Shown here one piece after another: positions 56,312 through 64,000 of a DNA stretch of 64,000 bases. Each line of letters begins with the position of its first letter. Within the stretch, counting starts at the first letter, position 1. The notes beneath the pieces were generated by a model, which did not search any database, was not told where the DNA came from, and was given only the letters and a program-made list of their open reading frames with translations. The stretch covers positions 951 through 64,950 of the forward strand of contig JAGAIZ010000064.1 in the NCBI GenBank assembly GCA_017626325.1. Direction: 5' to 3'. Position numbers and translations under genes: made by a program. The stretch comes from Lachnospiraceae bacterium. GTDB taxonomy: Bacteria; Bacillota; Clostridia; Lachnospirales; Lachnospiraceae.

Positions 56312-58651
56312 ATGAAATTCAGTAACGGATGCTGGCTGCTCAAGGAAGGTATGGCGTGTTTCTCGCCCCAGCAGGTGTATGACGCAAGGATTACGGACAA
56401 GGAAGTTATCCTGTGTGCGCCTGCGCACAAAATTAATCACAGAGGGGATACGCTGGGCGGCGCTAATCTGACTATTCGGATTACATCTCCGATGCCGGAT
56501 GTGATTCGGGTCCAGACAGATCATTATTTGGGTGTGCGTAAGAAGGCGCCTTCTTTTGAATTGAATCTGGACAATCCACAGACCTTACAGGTGGAGGAGA
56601 CCGAGGAAAAGCTGGTGGTTACCAGTGGTTCCCTGTCTCTGGAAATCGGTAAGAACAACTGGGCGATGCGATATATGAGGGACGGCAAGGTCATTACCCA
56701 GAGCGGCAGCAGGGATCTGGCGATGATTAAGACGGACTGGAAGGGCGACTGCTATGATTTAGACGGAGATTTGAAGAATACCTATATGCGCCAGCAGCTC
56801 AGTATCGGCGTGGGCGAATTGTTATACGGTACGGGCGAGCGCTTTACGCCTTTTGTGAAGAACGGGCAGAGTGTGGAAATCTATAATGAGGACGGCGGTA
56901 CCAGCACGGAGCAGTCCTACAAGAACATACCGTTCTTCCTTTCCAATAAGGGCTATGGAGTACTGGTCAATCATCCCGAGCGGGTTTCCTTCGAATTTGC
57001 CACAGAGAATGTGACGAAGACGGCATTTTCTGTGGAGGGGGGTTCTCTGGATTATTTCTTCTTCAACGGTCCTACCATGAAGGAAGTGCTGACCAGGTAT
57101 ACGGATTTGTCGGGTAAGCCTTCTCTTCCCGCACCTTGGACCTTTGGGCTGTGGCTGTCCACTTCCTTTACGACGAATTATGATGAAGCTACGGTTATGA
57201 GCTTCATCGACGGTATGCTGGATCGTGGGATTCCGCTTAGAACCTTCCACTTCGACTGCTTCTGGATGAAGGGCTTCCACTGGTCTGATTTCATCTGGGA
57301 TGATGAGGTGTTCCCTGACCCGGCGGGGCTCTTGCGGAGAATTAAGGACAAAGGCTTAAATATCTGCGTGTGGATTAACCCTTATATCGGACAGGAATCG
57401 GTTCTGTTTGCAGAAGGCGCGGAGAAGGGCTATTTCATCAAACGGCCTAACGGCGATGTATGGCAGTGGGATATGTGGCAGCCGGGCATGGCGTTGGTAG
57501 ATTTCACCAATCCTGCGGCATGTAAGTGGTTCCAGGATAAGCTGGAAGTGCTGTTGGATATGGGCGTGGACTGCTTCAAGACCGATTTCGGCGAGAGGAT
57601 TCCGGTTAATTGCGTTTATCATGACGGCTCCGATCCGAAGAAGATGCATAATTTCTATACTTATTTATATAATAAGACGGTTTATGAGCTGCTGGAGAGG
57701 AAGCGCGGCAAAGGGGAAGCGGTGCTGTTTGCGCGTTCCGCTACCGTGGGCGGCCAGAAATTTCCGGTACACTGGGGCGGCGACTGCTGGTCTGATTATG
57801 AGTCTATGGAAGAGAGTCTGCGGGGCGGTCTGTCGCTTATGATGTCCGGTTTCGGTTTCTGGGCCCATGATATCGGCGGCTTCGAGAGTACTTCTACGGC
57901 GGATGTGTATAAACGCTGGGTGGCGTTCGGCTTATTGTCCTCCCACAGCCGTCTGCATGGCAGCAGTTCCTATCGTGTGCCGTGGGTGTACGATGAGGAA
58001 GCGGTGGATGTAGTGAGAACCTTTACCCGCCTGAAAGCGTCTCTCATGCCTTATCTGTATAAGACGGCGGTAGATACTTCTAAATCCGGCGTGCCTACCA
58101 TGCGCAGCATGGTGCTTGAGTATACGGAGGACAGAAACTGCGGTTATCTGGATAAGCAGTATATGCTGGGCGATAACCTGCTGGTGGCTCCCATCTTCAA
58201 CGACGAAAGCAAGGGTATCTTCTATCTGCCTGAGGGCATATGGACTGACTTCTTCACTGGCGAGACGACGGAGGGCTCTGCATGGGTGGAGAAGGAATAC
58301 GATTATCTGCATCTGCCTTTGCTGGCAAAAGAGAACAGCATCATAGCCGTAGGCGCCTGTGACGACAAGCCGGATTACGATTACGCGGACGGCGCGGAAC
58401 TCCGTGTGTACGCGCTTGCGGAAGGCCGGGAAGCATCCACGGTCATCTACGATATGAAGCAGAATGTGGCGTTGACGGCTTCCGCTGTCAGAAACGGCGG
58501 TAAGATTACGATACAGGTAGAGGCGGATAAGCCTTATACAATCCGGCTTGTGAATGTGAAAGCGTTATCCGCGGCAGGAGCTTCCATGGAGATCACAGGA
58601 GAAGATACGGTTCTTGTGCCTGAGGCAAAGAAGATTGAAGTTGAGGTATAG
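56312..58651 (+). CDS. Glycoside hydrolase family 31 alpha-xylosidase (YicI-like)
   Basis: The nucleophile segment DCFKTDFGE and the acid/base segment VHWGGDCWS follow the YicI pattern. GGAAGGAGG RBS lies ahead of the ATG at 56312. No signal peptide. Confidence 0.92.
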   Translation: MKFSNGCWLLKEGMACFSPQQVYDARITDKEVILCAPAHKINHRGDTLGGANLTIRITSPMPDVIRVQTDHYLGVRKKAPSFELNLDNPQTLQVEETEEKLVVTSGSLSLEIGKNNWAMRYMRDGKVITQSGSRDLAMIKTDWKGDCYDLDGDLKNTYMRQQLSIGVGELLYGTGERFTPFVKNGQSVEIYNEDGGTSTEQSYKNIPFFLSNKGYGVLVNHPERVSFEFATENVTKTAFSVEGGSLDYFFFNGPTMKEVLTRYTDLSGKPSLPAPWTFGLWLSTSFTTNYDEATVMSFIDGMLDRGIPLRTFHFDCFWMKGFHWSDFIWDDEVFPDPAGLLRRIKDKGLNICVWINPYIGQESVLFAEGAEKGYFIKRPNGDVWQWDMWQPGMALVDFTNPAACKWFQDKLEVLLDMGVDCFKTDFGERIPVNCVYHDGSDPKKMHNFYTYLYNKTVYELLERKRGKGEAVLFARSATVGGQKFPVHWGGDCWSDYESMEESLRGGLSLMMSGFGFWAHDIGGFESTSTADVYKRWVAFGLLSSHSRLHGSSSYRVPWVYDEEAVDVVRTFTRLKASLMPYLYKTAVDTSKSGVPTMRSMVLEYTEDRNCGYLDKQYMLGDNLLVAPIFNDESKGIFYLPEGIWTDFFTGETTEGSAWVEKEYDYLHLPLLAKENSIIAVGACDDKPDYDYADGAELRVYALAEGREASTVIYDMKQNVALTASAVRNGGKITIQVEADKPYTIRLVNVKALSAAGASMEITGEDTVLVPEAKKIEVEV

Positions 58652-58720
58652 GAACGGAGGAACGGCTCTTCCCTGGGGTGCTGCAGTCGCTTTTCTATAG
58701 GATGGCACAAGTAAAAGTGA

Positions 58721-58752
58721 TATTGGTATAAAATGCGGAGTGAAATATTGCT
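58721..58752 (+). terminator. Rho-independent terminator after the GH31 gene
   Basis: AAAATGCGGAG (58721-58731) pairs with CTCCGCATTTT (58742-58752). Confidence 0.85.
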
Positions 58753-58839
58753 CCGCATTTTATATGTATAGATTGAAAATTAATAGTGTAAAAATTAAGA
58801 TAAAAAGGCAAAGTTTAACAATATACAGAATAAATTAAG

Positions 58840-58868
58840 TTGCAATATAATTTGAAATGTGCTATAGT
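58840..58868 (+). promoter_or_regulatory. Sigma-A promoter candidate in an AT-rich spacer
   Basis: TTGCAA (58840-58845), a 17-nt spacer, then TATAGT (58863-58868). The next start codon is about 225 nt downstream. Confidence 0.45.
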
Positions 58869-59092
58869 GATTGCAAAGCATAAGATTTCTTTAAGCGAAA
58901 GCTTATTTTGGCAGCACGGCTGCATCTGACAGTACCTATCTGTTCTTATCTTGTTGAATGTTGGCAGTTCAATAAGCATATCATCTTGAAATCCTGCTTT
59001 CAGAAACCCAATAACTTAAATACAGCAGGAAACAGGAAGATGAACAGATAAAGCATACCATGCCTGTATTTCTGCCCAAAGGAGGAAAAGGT

Positions 59093-59980
59093 ATGGTAAA
59101 TAATGTAGTGACGAAGCTGGAGGAATTGAATCTGGTGGACAAGTTTCTCTTTGATGAGACGATGGAGGATAAGGAAGCTTATCAGGCGCTTGTCAGTATT
59201 ATTTTGGAAAATGAGATAGAGCTTCTGGATAAACCGCAGACGGAGAAAGAACTGCGGGTATCTCCGCAGCTTCGTCAGGTCAGACTGGACGTAGTAAGTA
59301 TGGATCGGGAAAAGAGAATGTACTACACGGAAATGCAGAAGCGGGATACTGATAATCTGATTAGGAGGAGCCGGTATTATCAGGCTCAGTTGGATGTATC
59401 TTTGTTAGAGCCGGGAAGCACGGATTTTAATCTGCTTAACGATAGCTGCTTTATTTTGATTGCGCCTTTTGATATTTTCGGGCGAGGGCTGTACAGGTAT
59501 ACGTTTGAGGGAGTCTGCAGGGAATGCCCGGATTTAAAGTTAAAGGACGGGGCGGTCAGGATCTTTATCAACACCAGAGGAACAAATCCGGAAGATTTTT
59601 CCGGAGAATTCCTGGACTTTATGGAATACATTACCAGAACGACAGACGCGGTGGCCGAGGGCAGCCACAGCAGCAAAATAAAGCTGATTCATAACAGGGT
59701 CAGAAAGATTAAAATTTCAGAGAAGATGGGAGGAAAATATATGCAGCGTTGGGAGGAGATGGCGTATGCCAGACAGGATGGAAAGGCCGAAGGCGAAGAG
59801 CTTAAGCTGATCAAGATGATCTGCAAAAAGTTGGCAAAGAATAAAACTCCTGAGGAGATTGCCGAAGATTTGGAAGAAGAAATCAGCACGATTCTGCCGA
59901 TCTGTGAACTGGCCAGAGAGTTTGCGCCGGAATATGACAGTGAGAAGTTATATGAAAAATATCATATGACAAAGTCCTGA
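59093..59980 (+). CDS. Rpn-family recombination-promoting nuclease / PD-(D/E)XK putative transposase
   Basis: The N-terminal pattern LVDKFLFDETM...RLDVVSMD...YTEMQKRDTDNLIRRSRYYQAQL matches the Rpn/YhgA-like PD-(D/E)XK family. AAAGGAGGA lies ahead of the ATG at 59093. Confidence 0.75.
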   Translation: MVNNVVTKLEELNLVDKFLFDETMEDKEAYQALVSIILENEIELLDKPQTEKELRVSPQLRQVRLDVVSMDREKRMYYTEMQKRDTDNLIRRSRYYQAQLDVSLLEPGSTDFNLLNDSCFILIAPFDIFGRGLYRYTFEGVCRECPDLKLKDGAVRIFINTRGTNPEDFSGEFLDFMEYITRTTDAVAEGSHSSKIKLIHNRVRKIKISEKMGGKYMQRWEEMAYARQDGKAEGEELKLIKMICKKLAKNKTPEEIAEDLEEEISTILPICELAREFAPEYDSEKLYEKYHMTKS

Positions 59981-60121
59981 TTCTGGCGTATACAGTGCTC
60001 TTTCTTGTCGGGAAATAAAGATAGTGATATACTTAATGCATCACTTATAATGCGTACATAGGAACAGTAAATATGCGAGCTGAAGAGCGGATTTGCTGTT
60101 CGGAGAGTAAGAGAATTTGAC

Positions 60122-61660
60122 ATGAAAATACTGAAGAGAATACTGGCAGTCATAGGAATATTGGCGGCATTGTTGTGTGCTTTTATCCTATTATGCGCTG
60201 TGAATCCTGATATCTCGAAGGAACTGGCAAGTCTGCTGCCTCAGAACGAACAACAGGCAAAGCAGGAGGACAGCGTAAATCAAGAGGTCCAAGTGCCGAA
60301 GGAGACGGGAGAGAGTATTCCTGTGACGGAAGAGGAAGATGATACAGATACTTCCCAGAGCGGGCAGATATCAGATGTGTCAACAGACAGTATGCCATCA
60401 GACGCGGATGAACAAACAGAAGTCACAAGGGGCAGCAACGGCTATGAGATTCCTTCTGAGAGCAGTGTGGATGTGCCGGAGGCGGTAAGCGGCAAGACCG
60501 GTTATCAGCCGATCACGGAGCAAGCCGAGGAGCTGCCTGACGCGGAGGGCGGCGAATATACCAGTGATTTGGGCTATGGCGAGACGGGAGACGGACTTAG
60601 CTTTGACGAGGCATTTTATCCTTATTACTATATGCTGGACGCTAAAGGACAGCATCTTTACAGGCAGATTTATGCCAATGCGGCTGCCATGAATGAAGCG
60701 TTTGTGCCTGTTGAGGCGGTTCCGGTATCAAGGATTCGGGATATAGTATGCGCGGTTTATAACGACCACCCGGAACTGTTCTGGCTGAATACCGCGTATG
60801 TCTGCAAGTATGACAAGAACAGGATATGCGCGGAGCTGGAACTTGATTTTAACGAGACCGCGGAGGATATGGAGCAGGCGTCTGTCAGCTTCAATAATAC
60901 GGTGAACAATATTCTGACACAGGTGCAGAATCTGGGAAGCAATTATGAGAAAGAGAAGCAGGTGCATGATCTTCTGATTGACAAGATTACATACAATACC
61001 GGTGCGAAAATGAGTCAGAGCGCATACAGCGCCTTGGTAGAGGAGGAGACGGTGTGTGCGGGTTATGCGAGGGCGTATCAGTATCTGCTTCAGAAACTGG
61101 GGATTCCCTGCTATTATTGTACAGGCTATGCGGGAGAAGATCATGCGTGGAATATTGTGGCGTTGGAAGACGGTTATTACAATGTGGATGTGACCTGGGA
61201 TGATACGCCGGGCGGAGAGTATGATTACTTCAATAAGACGGATCAGGATTATGAGAATACCCATGTGAGAAGAGAGCTATCTGTCAATCTGCCGCCATGC
61301 GGCGGACAGATGTACCGGAATCTGGAGCAGTCCGCCGGAACGGGCGACGGAACTCTTCGAAGTCTGGAAGATGTAAGGCTGTCGCAGGAAGATGTACTGC
61401 ACGGCAGTCAGGAGTTTGCCGATTATGGATATGACCAGATGATACAGCATGGTATCGGCAGTTACAGTTTTAGCTGTGTGGCGGATCATTCGGTGCTGCG
61501 GCAGACATCTAACGGTTACGCGGTGGACGGAGACGTAATAGAGGATTTTGCAAACAGGGCGATGCAGACCCTTGGTGCGGCGAAGTGGCATCTGGAATGG
61601 GAAGCGGAGTTGCTGCAGGATGAGCTGGTTTTGTTTACATTCTATGCACGGATGGAGTAG
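60122..61660 (+). CDS. Membrane-anchored transglutaminase-like (Cys-His-Asp) domain protein
   Basis: An N-terminal transmembrane helix, an acidic low-complexity linker, then the core TVCAGYARAYQYLL...EDHAWNIVAL...YNVDVTWDD. Confidence 0.75.
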   Translation: MKILKRILAVIGILAALLCAFILLCAVNPDISKELASLLPQNEQQAKQEDSVNQEVQVPKETGESIPVTEEEDDTDTSQSGQISDVSTDSMPSDADEQTEVTRGSNGYEIPSESSVDVPEAVSGKTGYQPITEQAEELPDAEGGEYTSDLGYGETGDGLSFDEAFYPYYYMLDAKGQHLYRQIYANAAAMNEAFVPVEAVPVSRIRDIVCAVYNDHPELFWLNTAYVCKYDKNRICAELELDFNETAEDMEQASVSFNNTVNNILTQVQNLGSNYEKEKQVHDLLIDKITYNTGAKMSQSAYSALVEEETVCAGYARAYQYLLQKLGIPCYYCTGYAGEDHAWNIVALEDGYYNVDVTWDDTPGGEYDYFNKTDQDYENTHVRRELSVNLPPCGGQMYRNLEQSAGTGDGTLRSLEDVRLSQEDVLHGSQEFADYGYDQMIQHGIGSYSFSCVADHSVLRQTSNGYAVDGDVIEDFANRAMQTLGAAKWHLEWEAELLQDELVLFTFYARME

Positions 61661-61801
61661 GTTGAGAAATCACTCCGATGAGCTGATTTTACAATCGCAA
61701 TAAATTGCTCTGACATGGAGGAGTATTGCAAGCATATACTGGCAGTATTTATTCGTTATGATTTGTTTTTGTATATATTGTATAAATTTGTGCGTTTAAA
61801 A

Positions 61802-61858
61802 TGATATAATATCACAGTTTTGTACCTGCCGTATTGACTTTACAGGATACGGCAGGTA
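61802..61858 (+). promoter_or_regulatory. Extended -10 promoter candidate followed by a 12-bp stem-loop
   Basis: TGATATAAT at 61802-61810. The stem TACCTGCCGTAT (61823-61834) pairs with ATACGGCAGGTA (61847-61858) around a 12-nt loop. Confidence 0.4.
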
Positions 61859-61877
61859 TTATTATAAGCAAGAGAGG

Positions 61878-61934
61878 ACACGTGTACGCAAAGAGGTACA
61901 CATATTTTTATATTTCAAATGTACACGTGTACGC
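61878..61934 (+). promoter_or_regulatory. Array of GTACAC/GTGTAC half-sites (putative operator)
   Basis: ACACGTGTACGC at 61878-61889, GTACAC at 61896-61901, and the perfect 12-bp palindrome GTACACGTGTAC at 61921-61932. The array lies about 140 nt upstream of the SBP gene. Confidence 0.45.
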
Positions 61935-62069
61935 TACGAGGCTTATAACCTGCGCGGGAACCGCGCGGCGGAAGGCCGGGCAGTTACAAAATGCTCAGGC
62001 AGGAAATCAACAGGATGCCTGTCAACAGACAACAGGAAGCGTAATCAGACGCTTCGGAATGGAGGAAAG

Positions 62070-63417
62070 CATGAAAGCAAAGAAAGTTATGGCAGAGGTA
62101 TTGGCAGTAATGCTTGCGGCAGTATCCGTAACCGGATGCGGAAGCAGCGGGCAGAATGAGACGAAAGGAGCGGACACGACGGCCGAAACAGAAGCGGCAG
62201 AAGCAGAGACGAAAGAGGATACAGATACGGCGGCTGCAGAGAGCGGGGAGAGTGAACCGGTCACGCTGCAGTTCTGGAATGTATTCACAGGTTCGGACGG
62301 CGATATTTTAAGAGCGATAGTGGATAATTATAATGAGACTAACACAGATAATATCACAATCGAGATGGATATCATGCCTAATGATACATTACAGCAGAAG
62401 CTGCCCGCCGCTATTGCGACACAGACCGCACCGGATCTGGTTCTCTTCGGCGTGGAGAATCTTGCACCCTATGTCAGCAATGATTCGTTGGAAGATATCA
62501 GCGATTTCTGGGATGTAACCGGTGTGGATAAGGATAACTTCCTGGAAAATGTGGTGGAATTATCCTATGTGGACGGCAAGCTGTACGGAACGCCCATGCA
62601 GTACAATGTTTCTTACTTATACTGGAATAAGGATCTGTTTGAGGCTGCCGGATTGGATCCCGAGACACCGCCCGCCACGATGGATGAACTGGCGGAATAT
62701 GCACAAAAGCTGACTGACCCGTCCAAGAACCAGTTTGGGCTGGCGATGCCAAGCAATACCACATATATGCAGTTCTTATGGGCTAACGGCGGCGACGCGG
62801 ATGACCCGGAAACCAACAAGAATCTGTTGGATTCCGAAGAAAACTTACAAACACTGACATGGATGCAGGATCTGGCTGTCAATAAGAAGGTAACGCCTGC
62901 GAATGTGACAGGCTCCGACGCGGACGCTATGTTACAGGCAGGTCAGGTGGCAATGTACATGAGCGGCCCGTGGCAGATCAACGGTCTCAGAGAACAGGGT
63001 ATTAACTTCGGTATCGCGCCTTGTGTGGCGGGAAGCGCAGGTGCGTTCTCTCCTGCCGGCGGATGCAGTTATGTGATTCCGAAGGGCACGGATGCGGCAA
63101 AGAAACAGGCGGCTTATAAGTTCATGAAGTACTGGCTGACAGACGAGATTTTAAAAGAGTGGTCTCAGAAGAACGGTTTCCCGGTATGGTCCAGGACGTT
63201 GGCCGAGGATCCCGAAATTCAGAATGACGAGGTGTTAAATTCCATCTCCAAAGCAACGGAAATCGGCCGGGCATATAATCTGGGATATTCTCTGGCGAGC
63301 CAGATTGATAATGACGTAATGATTCCGATGTTTGAAAATGTCCTGACGGGAGCGAAAACACCGGAGGAGGCTTTGAAAGACGCGTCGGCGGCTATGGATA
63401 CCGTATTGGCGCAGTAG
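62070..63417 (+). CDS. Sugar ABC transporter substrate-binding lipoprotein
   Basis: Signal peptide MKAKKVMAEVLAVMLAAVSVTGCGSSG with a lipobox, then a family 1 SBP body. GGAGGAAAG lies ahead of the ATG at 62070. The upstream extension to 61834 is rejected. Confidence 0.9.
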
Positions 63418-63513
63418 TGCAGATGCACGAGCCGGACAGGTAAGTTGCGGGACTGCCCCGGAGCGGGAAAACCGACTGAACGGGCGGTCCCTTTTCTAAT
63501 GCGAGGTATGCTT

Positions 63514-64000
63514 ATGAATGAAAATATTTCACGGGAAAAAGCCCCGGGCGGGGCGCCGGCAACAATAAAGAAAAAATACAGACCGCAGCAGCAGAAAAGC
63601 GCGTATCTTTTTATTCTGCCGTCTATGCTGATTCTGACGGTGTTCGTCTTTGTTCCGCTGTTTGCGTCATTTATCATCAGCCTGCTTGATATGAATATTT
63701 TTATGCAGGATGTCTCTTTTGCGGGATTTAAGAATTTCGCCAGGGTTTTTCAGGATGACAGGGTACGCGGGGCCACATGGAACACCTTTTACTTCGCGAT
63801 ACTGGAGGTGCCGCTGCAGATAGGAATTGCGCTGCTGCTGAGCATATATGTGGCGAAGAACAACAGATATACGAGAGCGCTTCGTTCGATTTATTATCTG
63901 CCTTTTGTCTGTTCTATGACGGCGGTGGGCATTGTATGGTCGATGCTGCTGGATCCTAATCTGGGAATCCTGCCGTATCTGCTCAGATGTATCGGTATAG
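63514..64000 (+). CDS. Sugar ABC transporter permease (MalF/UgpA-like), 3' end outside the window
   Basis: My own translation gives MNENISREKAPGGAPATIKKKYRPQQQKSAYLFILPSMLILTVFVFVPLFASFIISL...LSIYVAKNNRYTRALRSIYYLPFVCSMTAVGIVWSMLLDP. The frame stays open to the end of the window. Confidence 0.85.
   Translation, partial: MNENISREKAPGGAPATIKKKYRPQQQKSAYLFILPSMLILTVFVFVPLFASFIISLLDMNIFMQDVSFAGFKNFARVFQDDRVRGATWNTFYFAILEVPLQIGIALLLSIYVAKNNRYTRALRSIYYLPFVCSMTAVGIVWSMLLDPNLGILPYLLRCIGI

Noticed and set aside
61834-62069. N-terminal extension of the SBP ORF (527-aa version)
   Set aside because: The extension covers the hairpin and palindrome array and has no RBS. The lipoprotein signal peptide begins at the ATG at 62070, which has a strong GGAGGAAAG RBS.

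Overview
The window looks like a chromosomal segment of a spore-forming Clostridia (Lachnospiraceae-like) Firmicute. That placement is an inference from gene content, synteny and roughly half G+C by eye. From 1 to about 31.8 kb it is mostly plus-strand housekeeping. This part holds a feoA-feoA-feoB iron-uptake operon with two Cys-rich accessory genes, and an S-adenosylhomocysteine disposal group (mtaD, ahcY) flanking a degenerate EAL-HDOD protein. It also holds an ABC exporter, CarD, RlmI, a GH3 beta-glucosidase and cca. The classic Bacillus-type block follows: mazG-hup-yabO-yabP-yabQ-divIC-spoIIE-tilS-hpt-ftsH, then a GH13 enzyme. tRNA-Tyr and tRNA-Leu (31.86-32.03 kb) are followed by an accessory mosaic of about 8 kb with no integrase. 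It starts with a visibly AT-rich islet holding an SGNH-like gene remnant. The islet also holds a two-gene cassette whose 195-aa product has a PARP-like ADP-ribosyltransferase signature; this is my best candidate for an undescribed toxin or defence module. The mosaic continues with an ECF sigma/membrane protein/ABC operon, a doubly truncated group II intron, and a second ECF sigma/anti-sigma pair carrying an in-frame 36-bp tandem repeat. From 40.1 to 58.7 kb lies a carbohydrate locus with GH42, GH29, GH3 and GH31 enzymes, none with a signal peptide. It also has an ABC importer, a YesM/YesN-type two-component system and an extra membrane-anchored solute-binding protein. That enzyme set is what is needed to dismantle fucosylated xyloglucan oligosaccharides in the cytoplasm. 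The window ends with an Rpn-family nuclease gene, a transglutaminase-like protein and the start of another sugar ABC operon preceded by a GTACAC palindrome array. No CRISPR array, rRNA or intact mobile element was seen.
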